A DNA stretch of 64,000 nucleotides, from the NCBI RefSeq assembly GCF_009914755.1, contig NC_060926.1; one strand, given 5' to 3'. This stretch comes from the human T2T-CHM13v2.0 reference genome, Homo sapiens. Within the stretch, counting starts at the first letter, position 1, and each line of letters begins with the position of its first letter. Below the pieces are notes generated by a model. That model did no database searches. It saw only the letters and a program-made list of their open reading frames with translations, and was not told the origin of the DNA. Position numbers and translations under genes: made by a program. Below are positions 11,791 through 26,410 of the stretch, piece by piece.

Positions 11791-14700
11791 AGGTTCACCT
11801 TTTGAAGCTGAAGATTGAAACTCCAAATCCTGCTGCAGAGAAGTTCACATTTGTTTTTCCTAGGCAGGGCCAGCCCATCCACCCCTCCTTCCTAGGGTTT
11901 CCCTGATACTTTATTTATACCTGTTACCTGTCTTTATCACACTGTCACATTGTCTTGCCATTTTCCTTTTGCTTCCCTGTCTCCTTTTCTAAGATTGTGA
12001 GTTTCTTAAGGGTAAAGACAACATCTTGTCCACCTTTGTATCCCCAGCCCCTGCCCAGTGCTCATTTTTAACCAGGCATTTCAAGGTCTTTAAACATCAC
12101 TATACATATTGATCTTTTAAAAAAGATGATGGTAGCTGTGTTCAGGAGAGTGGATTGTAGCTCTAGAAGAGAGGCGTGTTTATATAAGAGGATTAGATAC
12201 ATATTATGAGCCAGGGCGGTTTTCTTTCCTTGTGAATGAAAGGGCTGGGTGTTTGATTATTTGCTGGGGCATCCAGGGTTTAGAACAAGGTATAATGAGG
12301 ACTTTCTCAAGGTGGAGTTGCCTGAACAGGTGTGAGGAGCCAGGAAACTTCGGCACCCCCAGGGCCTGGCAGTGCTTCTGAGGCATCCTGAGCACTTCGG
12401 TGCTCACTTCTCAGACCAACTGTGTCCCCTTCAGGGGAGCATGGTGGAAGGGGCACTCCAGGGGAAGGGAAAGAGACCCCAGTGTGCCATGCTGGGAAGG
12501 GAGATGCTGGCCTGCTGGCATGGAAAGGTAGGGAGGCACCAAACTTCCAGAAGGTTCTCTAGGGTCAGCTACCATTAGCTGTTAGTCCCTAGACCCATGA
12601 TGGGGATGAAAGCGATTTGTGTATCAAGGTGGCTGTGCAGTCTAATGCTCCTTCTGCAAAATTCTGATCAGAACCTATTTTTGCTTTTAATGGAGATAAT
12701 TCCCATAAGACAGAGGTTCTGTGTTAGCTGCTGCTGGACTGTCTAAGAGAGGAAGATAACTTATATCCCGGTTGAAGTTGAAAGTGTGCCCAGATGACTC
12801 AAACCTAAGTGCCTCGCATCTCCAGGGGACATGAAGTGAGACATAGGGTTCCTGCACTGACCAGGTGATAGGAACTTCCAGGGGTGAGCAGAACCCCAGC
12901 CAGCACCCCTTGTTCCTCTCAGAGATGTGAACCTTTCAAGTTAGGGGCCTTGACAAATGGAACAGAATTTGGCTCCTCTAGGACCCTGGCTTTTGGGTAA
13001 TTATACTCATAATTAGGCAGCACTTGGACTCTCCTCTTTCTGTTCACGGGACACACTGCACGTCCTTGCCCTGCCTCCATGTCACACTCCACGTCACTCA
13101 TATGTGAGCCAAACAGCTACATCAGAGACGTGGAATTCTTTGACGTTAGTAAAACCTGCATTAGGGAAGGGGAACCCTTGCAGCTGACCCTTAGATTTAA
13201 ACCATGACTGCTTCTTGGGACAGGCCCAGTTTATTTCGGTTTTCATTGTTCAGTGAGCTGGGGCTCTGCTGCGAAGGCCAGAATCCTTTTGTTCTGTTTG
13301 CTCTCTGTCCTAAAGGCTGCTGCCAGACTGAGTTTCCCCAAATGCTGCTTTCCCCTTGCCACTCAAGAGCCTGCAGTCTTATTAAGTAAATATCATGGAT
13401 CAGTAAGATTTCCAAAACTGTTTTGAAGACAAGATATAATAAGATTGTTGCCTTTTTACTTTACCAAGCAAGGACATTTTCTTTAAAAAGCCAGTTACCA
13501 TCTACTATCTTCATTATTTTATAAATGAAAACATTTTAGCATGAAAACAAAGACGACATAATTTCACAATATGGAGCAGTCTTTTACGTTGACTTGGTTG
13601 AACTTGGTGGAAACCTATTTAATTGTCCTATCTTTTTCTCATTTTGTTTGATCTCAAACCAGCCTGTGAGAACGACTGGATTTCTACATCAAATCTAAGT
13701 GCCCCAGCCTTTGGGGGCCTCTGTCAGGTAGCCTGGTGTGGGTGTTCCCTGCTTCCCACTAACCCCTATCCTTCCTCCTCCCTCCTGCCTTGCCTCTGTA
13801 GAGTCTGGGCCTCCATTTGATCCCCGCAACCCTACACACCTCACTCCCTCTAGAAGCCTGCTCCAAATAGACTTCCTCTTCCTCCAATATCTCTGGCCCC
13901 ATTCCCCATCTCTCCCCTAGGTGCCTGGTGCGGAACACCATCAGCTTTCATTCGTTTTGTTTTGCGGTTTTCTTTCTTTACTCCTTTTTATTTTCCTCCC
14001 TGCCTGCATTCTTGACTATAACTGTTAAGAAGGCAGATGTCTTACTGTTGCTTCCTTCAGATTTGTAAATCTAGCATGGTGCTGGGCACAGAAGAGGTAT
14101 GCAGTCCTTTAGTGGGGCATCACTCGGCTAGCTCAGAGCTGTTCACAGTGATCTGATGTCACCTCTGAGGTCCATGGGTGCCCAGGGACACTGTGCCCAT
14201 TGTATTGTCTACAAGGTGAAAATGTGGTACTGCTCTTCCTCAAGAAACTCCCACATTTTTAAAAGAGTGATAGTATTGTAGCACGGTTTGTTTTGCTTTA
14301 TAATACTTCTTGATTCCCTTGTTAAGTGACATGGCAGATATTTTTAGACTAAAGACAATTTAAGAGCTTTAAATTATTTTAATTTTATAACTTTAAAATA
14401 TTCCTTTTGATTTACCTTTTTAATTGCCCACATGTTTTTTTAGTATCTACCAGGTACAAGGTAATCTGCTAGGTGTCCGGGACAAAGACAAGGTTAGAAC
14501 ATGGTCACAGCACTCAGAGTGGCTTACTGTCTCCTGGAAGACGTAGAGGCAGATGGGACAGGGGTGCACAGGAAGAGCCTGGACAGCAGGTGTGCACGTG
14601 GCTGCTTTCGTGTTCTACAGTAACACCAGCTGTGGTTTGAAGGGGCCACTTTCAAAGTCAGTTAGAAATGTGGGAACTGTTTAAAAGTTTTCTCCTAGCA

Positions 14701-15396
14701 ACTTGCTCTTATACTAGAAATGCTAAAAACAAATTAGAAATTATTTAATTGCTCCTTGAATCGTGACCTCCTGGGGTAAAGGAAATCTGCCAGAGTAGAT
14801 GGAGATGAGGGCAACACCCAGGGAGGGAATCCCAACAGGTTTCTTATCTGCTTGTCAGCATGAGGCTGGTAGCCTCCTAAATAAGAAGATGTGCTAATGA
14901 ATAGCAGAGTCTACTGGTTTCGAAGCACATTTGAACAGAGAGCTGTGACTGAGCTCTGAGAATGCTGGCTTGGCCATTAGGCAGTTTGAAACTGATTTGC
15001 TACTGTCAGTTTCGACCCGTAAATAACAGGGCGCTCTCCCCTTTCATTCTCCTGCCTGCCACCTGCCAGCCAAGCTCTCAGGCTTACCCACCTCCCTGGT
15101 GGCTATGCCAGAGCACAGCTGAGCTCACCTCGAGGGGAGCAGAGCTCCTATCTTTCCTGGACCCTCCTGGCTGCCTAGTTTCCTGGCTGGGATTCCTGAC
15201 CCCTGGTTGCCAAGACTACCTTGTTGGTCCCTGTGGAGTTCTGTCCTGTTTGCCCAGAGGCCTCGCTCAGACTTGTTCCTTTTTGGTACATGTTTCCACT
15301 CCAGACTGCCCCAGGCCCCAACTCTCAGCTCTCCTGTTGCTACCAGCTTCCAGTCAATGACTGTTTATTTGAACATCTCCTGTGCAACAAGAGAAT

Positions 15397-15604
15397 GTAG
15401 TGATCAAGAGCATGGACCCTGGGTCAGACTGCCTGGGTTCTGATCCCGACTCCCTCACTTAGCTGTGTGACTCTAACTCTTCTGTGCCTCAGTTTCCTTG
15501 TCAGTGAAATGGAGAGCATAACAGTACCTACGTTATAGGAATATTAGGTTAGATGAGATGTACCCGTAAAACACTTGGAACAGTGCCTGACACATAGCAA
15601 GCAC
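15397..15604 (+). mobile_element. MIR SINE
   Basis: gtcagactgcctgggttc…tctgtgcctcagtttccttgtcagtgaaatgg…aacagtgcctgacacatag. Confidence 0.88.
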
Positions 15605-16398
15605 CCAGCAGGGATTAGCTGTGTGGCCAGATGGTGAGAAAGGGCCCACTTCTGTCTTCACAGAAGAGCTACTTTAACACAGAGGTGAACTTGGAAGGAC
15701 TACAGTAAACGATGGTGGCCATCAGCAGCCATGGCATGGAGACATCGCCTCCTTTATGATACTTCCAGTCGATCTGGGAGGTGGGGGAGGATTTGAAATG
15801 TAAATGCAAGGCAGAGTGAGCCTCATTGCCCCCTGCAGGGAAGCAGAACAGTCTGGTTTGGCTAGGTCCCTGAAGGGAGCTCCGTGGTGAGGGATCAGCC
15901 TAGGCATGGTGGTGCTGAGTTCCTTAATGGGGTAAGATTTGGGAGCAAGGAAGGCAAAGGGATGCAGCTCTGAACATCACGCCCCAAGTCACGCAAATGT
16001 GAGCTGCAAAGTATTTCATCCTGTTTTGATAACTAGGCCAGAGTGCATCACACCCGCTAACGTTGGTGCAGCTGGAATGTTTCCAGTTTTTGCTGTTATA
16101 AATAACACTGCAATTAATACTCTTATGCATAAAATTCAAAAATCATTTTGGATTATTTCCTTAGGAGTACATTCTTAAAATTACTAGATTGAAGGAAATT
16201 AACTTTTTTTTCTGTGCTACTTTTCTCTTTCTTACTACCTTTTATTATTTTATTATAAAAGTAATACATATTTATTTTATAAAAATTTAGAAATTGACCA
16301 AAAGCAGCCATTGTTCACCTATCACTGAGTAATAACATTTTTCTATATATCCTAAGGCGTGTACGTGTACATTTTTAGAGCTTTTGACTTTGAGATTA

Positions 16399-16737
16399 CA
16401 GTCACACATTGCTTAATGACAGGGACACATTCAGAGAAATATGTCGTTAAGTGATTTTGTCAGTGTGCAACATCATAGGGTGTACTTAGACTAACCTAGA
16501 TGGGATAGCCTACGACCCACCTAGGCTTTGTGGTTTACACAGTTGCTGCTCCTAGTCTACAGACCTGTACAGCATGTGACTGTGCTGAATACTCCAGGCA
16601 GTTGGAACAAGTGCTATGTATTTGTACACTTAAACGTAGAAAAGCACAATAAAAATATGGTATTCTAATCTTATGGGACCACTGGCAGATATGGGGCCCA
16701 TCGTTGGCCAAAACTTTCTTAATGCAGCACATGACTG
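16399..16737. mobile_element. Tigger3a/MER7-type non-autonomous Tigger
   Basis: Ends ta|cagtca…atgactg; internal aacctagatgggatagcctac and cctgtacagcatgtgactgtgctgaatact. Confidence 0.85.
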
Positions 16738-17640
16738 AATTTTCCAGAAAGGTTAGACTAATTTAGGTTTTCCTCAGCAGGAAACAATAGTGCATTGTTA
16801 CTGCTTCTCACTAAATTGAGAGTTTGTTAATACGATAGATTGGAAATTGTGTTTCATTATTGCTTTGACTCGCATTTGTTTTCCTGCTTGTGGGCTCAAT
16901 CAACTCTTCAATCCTCTTTTTGCCATTTCTGTGAAAGGGCACATTTTACCATTTTATATGGTATCACTAGAATCTTATAATACCTTAAGCACTAGACCTA
17001 CCAGCCACATTTAGCTAAAAGCACTTTTTTCCCTGCTAAGGTATACTTACATACAGTAAAATCCACCCTTTTTAGTGTACAGTTCTGCAAGCTACACGTA
17101 TAGTCATGTAATTGCCACCACAATCAAGATACAGAACAATTCCATCACCCCAGAAAATTCCCACGTGCCCCTCTGTAGTCAGTTCCTCTTCCCTAGCCTC
17201 AGCCCCTGGCAACCATTAACCTGTTTTGCCTCTTTATAGTTTTGCCTTTCCAGAATGTCACACAAATGGAATCATTCCGTTGGTAGCATTTTAAGTCTGG
17301 CCTGTTTCACTTAGCATGAAAGTGCATTTGAGGGTCGTCCATGTTGTTGTGTGTATCAGTGGTCATTCCCTTTTGTTGCAGAGTAGTATTCTGTTGTATA
17401 GATATACCACAGTTTGTTTATCCACTTACCAGTTGAAGAATATTTGGCTAGTTTCCAGTTTTTGGCAATATGAATAATGCTGTATTTGCCTACAGGCTTT
17501 TGTATGACCATTTTTTCCATTTTACTTGGGTAAATATTTGGAATAAGATTGCTCGGTCATATGGTTAAGTGTATATTTAACTTCATAAAGAACTTCCAGT
17601 TTTCCAAAGTGACTATACCACTTTGCATTCTCATCAGCAA

Positions 17641-17950
<310 letters not shown>

Positions 17951-18220
17951 CTGAGAATTCTATTTCTTATGTGCTTGTCAGCACTTGGTATTGTCAGTTT
18001 TTTATTTGTTTTGTTTTTTAGGTGTGGTGATAGGTGCATAGTGGTATTTCATTGTGGTTTTAATTTGAATTTCCCTAATGACAAATTCTGTTGAGCATCT
18101 TTTCATATGTATACTTGCTGTCTGCATATCTTCTTTGGTGAAGTGTCTGTTCATATCTTTTGCCCATTTTTAATTGGGTTGTTTGGTTTCTTATTACTGA
18201 GTTTGGAGAATTGGTGTGTG

Positions 18221-18540
<320 letters not shown>

Positions 18541-19830
18541 TGGAAAGGATTTTTAAAAATATTTTAGATACAAATCCTCTACCAGGTTTGTGATTTGCAA
18601 ATACTTTCTCCTAGTCTTTGGCTTGTCATTTCATTTCTTCTCTCTCCATTCTCTCTGGCTTATCTTTTCCTGTCTTTTGAAAAGCAGAAATTTTTCATTG
18701 TTATGAAGTCCAATTTATCAATCTATTTTATGGATTGTGCTTTTGGTGTCATATCTAAGAAACCTTTGACTAACCCAAGGTCAGAAAGATTTTCATCTGT
18801 TTTCTTCTGAAGGTTTTATAATTTTAGGATTTACATTTTAGTTTCTTCCTTTTTTAAAACATATTGCCCAGGCCTAGAAGTTTCTTTTGGAAAACAGTTG
18901 CACCTGAGAAGATTTGGGATGGAGTTGGTCCTAGGAGCCTTGCCAGGCATGATGCTCTCTGTGAGCCATCTGAAAAGGAGGTGTGTGCCTTAGAAGTTGC
19001 CCGAGGGGTGGCTTTTAAACAGATACCAGGCTTCTCTGGCTTAAGATTTGGCATCAAACTGAAGATTGTATCATTTGAAAAGAGGGTATGGGATGATTAG
19101 AGAAAAACCTCCAAACTTTCTAGATAAGTCCTTCTAACTGTTGCACAAAGTTGAAATGAAGAATGGTGCCAAACACAGGACTTTGCCGATTACATGTGAA
19201 CACCCATGTCAGTGACTCACCCAATCATGCTTTAATCTCATAACTGAGAGGCTTTAAAAAATTATAGTCAACAAGGCAGCTTGCTAGTTATGACTGCCAT
19301 TGGAATGGAGTTTTCCTCAGAACAGCTGGAGTGTAATGTGGTGGGAAGAAAGCCTGGTGTGGGTGAGAGACCAAGGATTGCTTGCCTGGGAAGGATGTGC
19401 AGCTAATGTTTGATGGAAATCTGTGAGATGACCAACCTCAGCCAAGCTACATAGAGGCCCTCCATACACTGCAGCCGAAGTGCTCAGAAAACAACAATGA
19501 TAATTGGCACTGTATCACCGCAAGAGAGATAAAACACAGCTCTGTCTTCAAGAAATGCATGGTCCACTCTGTGATCCATGCTAGGTTGTAGAAGCTGGCA
19601 GAAGATTCCAGTTCCAGTAAGGCAAGGCAGTTGAGAGCAGCCTGGAAATGGCTTCTCCAAGAATGTCCCAGGCAGAGCATTGCCGTGGGTTGGTTTGTTC
19701 TGGAATGTACAGGCCATTGGTGTGGCTGTGTCAGAGGAAGGGCTCCCAGTGGTGGTGGGAAATGTTGGGGATGTAACCAGGGCTGATCTGGAGGAACTTG
19801 TTTGCTCTGCCTTGAAATATGAGTGTTTTC

Positions 19831-20265
<435 letters not shown>

Positions 20266-20848
20266 TCAAGGAAGCCAGTTAGATGGCTGTGGCTGTATGC
20301 AGGTGAGGCCACACAGCTGACAGGAGGGAACAGATGAGAGAAGTGGAATCAGAACCACAAAAGGGAGGGGGGACACCTGGATATGCCCAGGTTTCTGACA
20401 GGCAGGAAGACGTGCCACCCAGGAGCATCATCGGCACCACCCAGGGGAGGAAGAGCAGGCATTGGGTGGAGACCCTCCAGGCTTGAGGTGCGTGAGCTGC
20501 CCACTTAAAGACGCTTGCCAGGTGGCTGGACCGGAAGTCTGCTGCTCCTCTTCTACCTTGCCACAGGCTGCTGCCTCTGAGTTAAAGAGACATGGGAAGC
20601 ATTGGGATTGCTCATACCTCCCAAAGTACAGCAGGAAGGACTAGAAGCAATATGAAATCTAATTGGCAAGACCACGGTGAGCACACAGGCACTTAGGAGC
20701 AGCACGTGGCACCCATGAAAGCCTCCATCCCCTGACAGTGAGCCCAGAGGCTACTGTGGAGCAGGAGGAAACCAGCCGTCCTTCCTCCTTGCTTGCACCC
20801 TCCCTCCTCACCTCCTACTCTCTGTCTTTCCAGCTGAGCCCTTCTCGT

Positions 20849-20854
<6 letters not shown>

Positions 20855-20878
<24 letters not shown>
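20855..20878. repeat. A24 mononucleotide tract
   Basis: Seen directly, with no Alu or L1 body attached. Confidence 0.95.
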
Positions 20879-20881
<3 letters not shown>

Positions 20882-21799
20882 AATTCACTCCCAGTCCTTT
20901 TGAAACCCAACATGTCAGTGATAGATGAGGGCGTATTCTGTAACTTCAAAGGAGAAAAGTTGAGTGAGTGAATGTGGGCCAGAGGAGTTGAAAAGTCCAA
21001 GGGAACAGGAGACCCATGGGGTGACCCCACCATCAGGAGGAGTGCCCCCCATCCCACCCCTGCTGGTGCCATGCAGAGGCACAGACAATGCCACTTTCAA
21101 TAAATCATGAAGGATTCTGAATGCCTGGTTTTGTCCCATTTTCAATGGGCCTTGGGCATATTGCTCAGATATAGCCAGCCATTTGTGCAAGGTTCCCAGC
21201 TACTCAAAGGCTCAAAGTCGAGTGCTCTTTCCACTATATAATGGAGTCTTCACATATGTGATTTTGGGGGAGATGTTTTCAGATTTCCATAGCTAGTCAT
21301 AGTAAAGATGACCTCGTGGGCAGTTCAGGCCATTGTCCCCTTCTCACATCCAGCCTTTGAGTAAGGCTGCGCTTTCAGGAGTATCCATGCAGCACCTAAT
21401 TCAATCACACATCTGACCCCTGCCTCTCTTTCGCACTGGCCCCTTCTCTGTGCTCAGTGTGCTGCTGGGGGCCTCTGCACAAACCCGGCTGTTCTGGAGG
21501 CGTCCTGTGCTAAGCAGAGAGCACTTGGCCATTTTCCCCACTTTCTGAATTCAGGGCCCCCTGGTGAATCTGGCGTGGGGATGGCTGCCTGTTCTCATGA
21601 GGCTGCGCACATGAAGGCGCCTGTTGGAAGCGCCTTTTAAGAATCCCCAGGTTGTTTCCATCCTGGAGTCTTGCAAAGAAAGAGGAAGAATAACCTGGGG
21701 TCATTTAAGGGCTGGCATGGTCATTTCCTTAATCATCTGTGACCACTGAGAGCCTTATTTTCTATAAAGAAGCACAGAGGCTTCTTTGGCTTTGCTTTA

Positions 21800-21975
21800 G
21801 TAACAACAAACAGCTAGAATTTATTGAGAGCCTGCAGTTTGCCAAGTGCTTTCACACATTCGATCATTTAATCCTCAAGCCTTTTACCCTTGTTTAGAGA
21901 TGAGGAAACTGAGACTTGAGCTTAAACACTTGTCAAAACTCACATAGCTAGAGGTGGCAGAACTAGGATGGAATC
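21800..21975 (-). mobile_element. MIR SINE
   Basis: atttattgagagcct…tcatttaatcctc…agatgaggaaactgag…cacatagctagaggtggcagaactaggat. Confidence 0.85.
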
Positions 21976-21981
21976 ATTTCT

Positions 21982-22270
21982 CTTTTTATTTGAGGCAGGG
22001 TCTTGCTCTGCTGCCCGGGCTGGAGTGCAGTGGCATGAACATGGCTCACTGCAGTCCTCCTAGGCTCGAGTGATCCTCCCACCTCAGCCTCCTGAGTAGC
22101 TGGGATTATAGGCACGTGTCTTCATGCTCAGCTAATTTTTTTGAGTTTAGTAGAGATAAAGTCTTACCGTGTTGCCCAGGCTGGTCTCCAACTCCTGGGC
22201 TCAGGCAGTCCTTCTGCCTCTGCACCCCCATAGTGTTGGAACTACAGGTGTTGTGAGCGACTGGGCCAGG
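21982..22270 (-). mobile_element. AluJ
   Basis: gaggcagggtcttgctctg…gtgatcctcccacctcagcc…aactcctgggctcagg (AluJ-type). Confidence 0.9.
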
Positions 22271-22404
22271 ACTAGGCCCAGTCTATTTCTTATTCTGCTT
22301 ACTTTTTCATTTCTCTCGGTAGATGTTGATGTTGTTTTATATTCTTCTAAAAATCTAAAAAATGGATCAAGTCCTGACCTTAGGATTATTTGAAGAGCTA
22401 TTTA

Positions 22405-22770
22405 AAATGCTGTATGATTCCATTTAGGTAACATCCTCAAAATGACAGATTTATAGAGAAGGAGAACAGGTAGGTAGTTGCCAGGAGCTAGGGATGGCGG
22501 GGGGAGCAGAGGGTGGCCCAAGGGAGAGCTGTGTAAGGATGGGACAGTCTGTATGTAGATTGCCATGGCAGTTACACAAATGTACGTGTGTGACCAAAAT
22601 GGCATAAAACTAGACACACCCATTATGCCAATGTCAGTTTCCTGCGTTTGATATTGTGCTATAATTATGTAAGATGGAACCTTGGGTGGAAATTGGAGAT
22701 GGGCACGTGGAACCTTTCTATACTACCTTTGCAATTTCCTGAAGCTATAATTATCTCAGAATAAAAAGTG
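22405..22770 (+). mobile_element. L1MC/MD-type 3' end
   Basis: tgtatgattccattt…gtagttgccaggagctaggg…tttgcaatttcctg…ctataattatctcagaataaaaagt. Confidence 0.8.
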
Positions 22771-24334
22771 GGTTGTTTTTTTTTTAATTCCTCTGTGTGC
22801 AACACCAGCATTGCCCCCAGGAAATAGCCAGGTCTCAGTTCAGGGGCTGCTTGCCATCAGAAAGCAAGCCACATCACACAGTCAAAGTTGGCCTAGAAGT
22901 GGGGCACAAACTAGAAGAGGGTCCAGGTTTTATCGCCTGTCAGATGTGAGCTTAGGCTCTCTCGACTTATGGGAAAGCACTGAACTGAGAGTCAGGGCCC
23001 CCGGGCTCAAGTATCAGGGCTGCAGTTGTGTGACCCAGAGCAAGCTTCTCAACTTCTGTGAGCCTCCAGCTTCCCAGCTGTAAAGTAGGCATGGTAACTG
23101 CACCCACCCTGTGAGTCTGGCAGAATGTGTTGATGTGCTTAGTATCATCTTCGATACCACGATCAATGTTATTATTTTATCTTTTCCCAATTTTACTCCC
23201 AACTTTGCAGTCAGACCAATCTCTTGTGTATTCATGGAACATTGAATATTCATTCTTATTTTCTCTGCTTTTGATCATTTATTCCTTCAACAATTATTAT
23301 TGAGCACCTGTTTTGTTGAAAATTCTGGAAGGCACTAGGGATACATTGATGGACATGCCCCATGTGGTCTTTGCCCCGGGAGAGCTAAAGGTCTGTTTTT
23401 TTCCCCATCACCTGGAATCTCTCCTGAGTGCATCCATCGTTCAGATCCTTGCTGTCCTGCCAGACCTGAGGCCTCATCTACACCATGCAGGCCCCTCTAC
23501 CAGATCATTCTCTAAGCTCCCTCAGTATTAGAGGCAGTGCAGCTCAGTCATCTTTGCCAACCTTTATCCTGAACCTCCCATGGGACCTGGCATGGAGCTG
23601 CGCACCACAGAGAGAATGCTTAGCAGGTGCTTGCCCACAGAACTGTGAAAGGAGAGCCCGAAGGAGACTTAGACAGGAGCCTTTTGAGGCTTTCATTTTA
23701 CAGATGAAGTCCTGAATAGGGGCCCTGGACTAAATAATAGAAAGTGGCTATAAGGGTCCCCAACCCATTTTTAATAGGATAATGCTAGTTCTTATATTGA
23801 TCTTAATTTTTGTTGTTGTTTTGGGTTTTTTTTCTTTATTTCTGTTCTGCAGTTTTTGGACTAGCTGACTGACATTTCCTCTTTTAACCTTTTACAGACC
23901 CTGAAAGAAGCTCTAGTTCAGGTCTTATTACTACTTAGCTGTGTGACTGGGCCACAACTGGGGGCAGGTTCATTGAATTGAAAAGGTGAAGCCAACCTAT
24001 CTCTCACCTGCTCTCCCTGAGTGGACTCACCTAGCACCTGCAGGCTCCAAGCTTGACATTGCCTGGAGGGAGCCCACCCAGGCATCCCCTTCCTCCAGTC
24101 CAGCCTCTCCACCTGCAACTGGGTGGGTCAGTCTACTGAGCTCTCACCTGATTCTTCAGCGCCCACCTTAATTGACAGTGAGCCTTGAGGAGGCTGACAT
24201 TCTTAATGCCATTTGCAGTTCTCTGTTAGAATCTAGAGAAGGGGAAAGGTAAATTGTTGCAACTTGCAGCCTCCAACACAGTGTCCCTGTTTGTGGGAGA
24301 AGAAACAGGAAGTGTGGCCCAGTAGGAAATGCCA

Positions 24335-24480
24335 AGACTTTAGAGCCGTATGGGTTTGAGTTCCATTTCCAGGTTGGCCGGGGTTGATTTATGTATTGCC
24401 AGACCTTGGGCAGGTCAGTTACTTAACCTCCCTGAGCCTCAGTTCCCTCACCTCTAAGATAGGAGCAGTGATACCTGGAC
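24335..24480 (+). mobile_element. MIR fragment
   Basis: gaccttgggcaggtc…ttaacctccctgagcctcagttccctcacct. Confidence 0.75.
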
Positions 24481-25502
24481 ACTTGTTCCTGGCACAGTCT
24501 CTGGTTGCATGTGGAACCTGTGATTCCTACTGCTTATCACGGGGCCCTGCATTGCCTTAACTTAAAGCCTTTGTGGGGATCACAAAGAGTAAACTTACAC
24601 TGGGGTTTCTCTACAGGGACTTAAAATCTAGTTGGGACAATATGATTGTTAAACAAGTACACAGCTAGAGACATGTTTCAACTTGAGAATAACTGAGAAG
24701 AATCAGGCCATGATAGAAGCAATTTTCATGTATCCAGACTGTCAGAAGCCAGCCCTCTGCCATGCTCCAACAGGCTGGGGTGGCCTCTTCCTTCCCCAGG
24801 CAGAGATTAATGGACAAGTTGTTACTAGTGCTGAGGTTCTGGGCAGCTTCCTTGTGGAGGCACATCTGTTGACCCAGCAGGGCCTTGGAAGCTTTTTTTC
24901 AGTCGTGAGCTTCATCTAGTGGCATAGGGCCTCCCTGATGCTGGTGCTCTGGAGCTAGCGTCACTGGGTCATAAAATCAGGGCTGCCTTGATTTTATCAA
25001 GGGCTGACCCCGTGTCAGCACAGCCACAGGAGAGCAGTGTAGTGGTAGTGGGGCTGCTGAGGCAGACAGCAAGGCTTTGAAGCATTGTATCTTCCTGCTG
25101 CGGCCCAAGGAGTCCTACAGAAAGCAAGCCACAGAGAGAGTGTTTCCCAGATACTGCTCAGGTAAAGAAATTGGACCTTATTGTTGTAGAAATTACTCAG
25201 GTTTTAGAGTGATCACATTTGGAAATATTGAGTCCCAATCAGCTTGTTCCAGCATGTCATGTTTTGAATTCTGATCTCAACTCATTATCAGGAATAACCT
25301 CTGGCCTTACTGTATAATACATCAAGAACATCATTGAGTTTCCGCTATAGCTAGGCACTGTTATTATCTCTTTTTTACATAGGAGGCACCTAAGGTAAAA
25401 GAGATTACATACTAACAGGAAGTAAAGCTGGGATTCAAAACCCAGCAGCCTAAAGAGGCTGTACCCTTTACTTCTCTACTAAGCAGCCCCCTGTTATTGG
25501 GG

Positions 25503-25656
25503 TTTTATTTTTGAGATAGAGTGTCACTCTTGCCCAGGCTGGAGTGCAGTGGCACAATCTTGGCTCACTGTAACCTCTGCCTTCCAGGTTCAAGAGATTT
25601 CCTGCCTCAGCCTCCTGAGTAGCTGGGATTACAGGCGTGAGCCACCGCGCCTGGCC
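25503..25656 (-). mobile_element. Single-monomer AluS (left-arm 5' end fused to right-arm body)
   Basis: Sense strand reads ggccaggcgcggtggctcacgcctgtaatcccagc|tactcaggaggctgaggcagg…; degenerate TSD ctgt[t/c]attgg on both sides. Confidence 0.85.
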
Positions 25657-26077
25657 TGTCATTGGTTGTTTTCATAGGTAGAAGTGTTCACAAGCAGAAG
25701 TTCCTTCCTTTTGTCAAAGGTGTTTCCCTGGCAGAAAGGTGGAAGCAAGAGCATAAACTCTGTCTGACAGGCAGAAAGGTAGACTAGAAGATCTAGACTA
25801 GACTAAAAAGTTAGACTTTGAGATCCTCTGTCTGTCCCCTGAGTTCTAGCCCTACAGCCTCTAGAGAGATTACATGGCAGCTAGAGGGAAAACAAGTTTC
25901 TGCTTAATGAAAACATTCCCCTAAGATTATTGTGAAACTTATTTTTTTAACATTTAACATTGTGTCTAGTTTCTTAAATGATTTTCAACTGTGAGATTAT
26001 CCAAGGAGTTTTTTATTACCAAAGCTAATTTTTCATAGTTAGCATTACAAATAGAAAGTTTGTTCATTTTCCTTCTT

Positions 26078-26410
26078 TTTATCCTTTCCTTCCCCCCGCG
26101 CCCCCCCCCCCCCCCGCCCCCGCTTTTATTACATAGAGACAGGGCCTCACTCTGTTGCCAGGCTAGAGTGCAATGGCGTGATCATAGCTCAGTGCCGCCT
26201 CAAATTTCTGGGCTTAAATGACCCTCCCACTTCAGCCTCCTGAGTAGCTGGGACCACAGGTGCATGCCTGTGCTGATTTTTAAATGTTTTGTAGAGACGG
26301 AGGTCTCGCTCTGTTGCCCAGGCTGCTCTCAAACTCATAGCCTCCAGCAGTCCTTCCATCTCAGCTCCCAAAGTGCTGTGATTACAGACGTGAGCCACCT
26401 CACCCAGCCC
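26078..26410 (-). mobile_element. AluJ with a C-rich (+ strand) tail and 13-bp TSD
   Basis: AluJ-type dimer; TSD cattttccttctt at 26065-26077 and 26411-26423. Confidence 0.9.
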
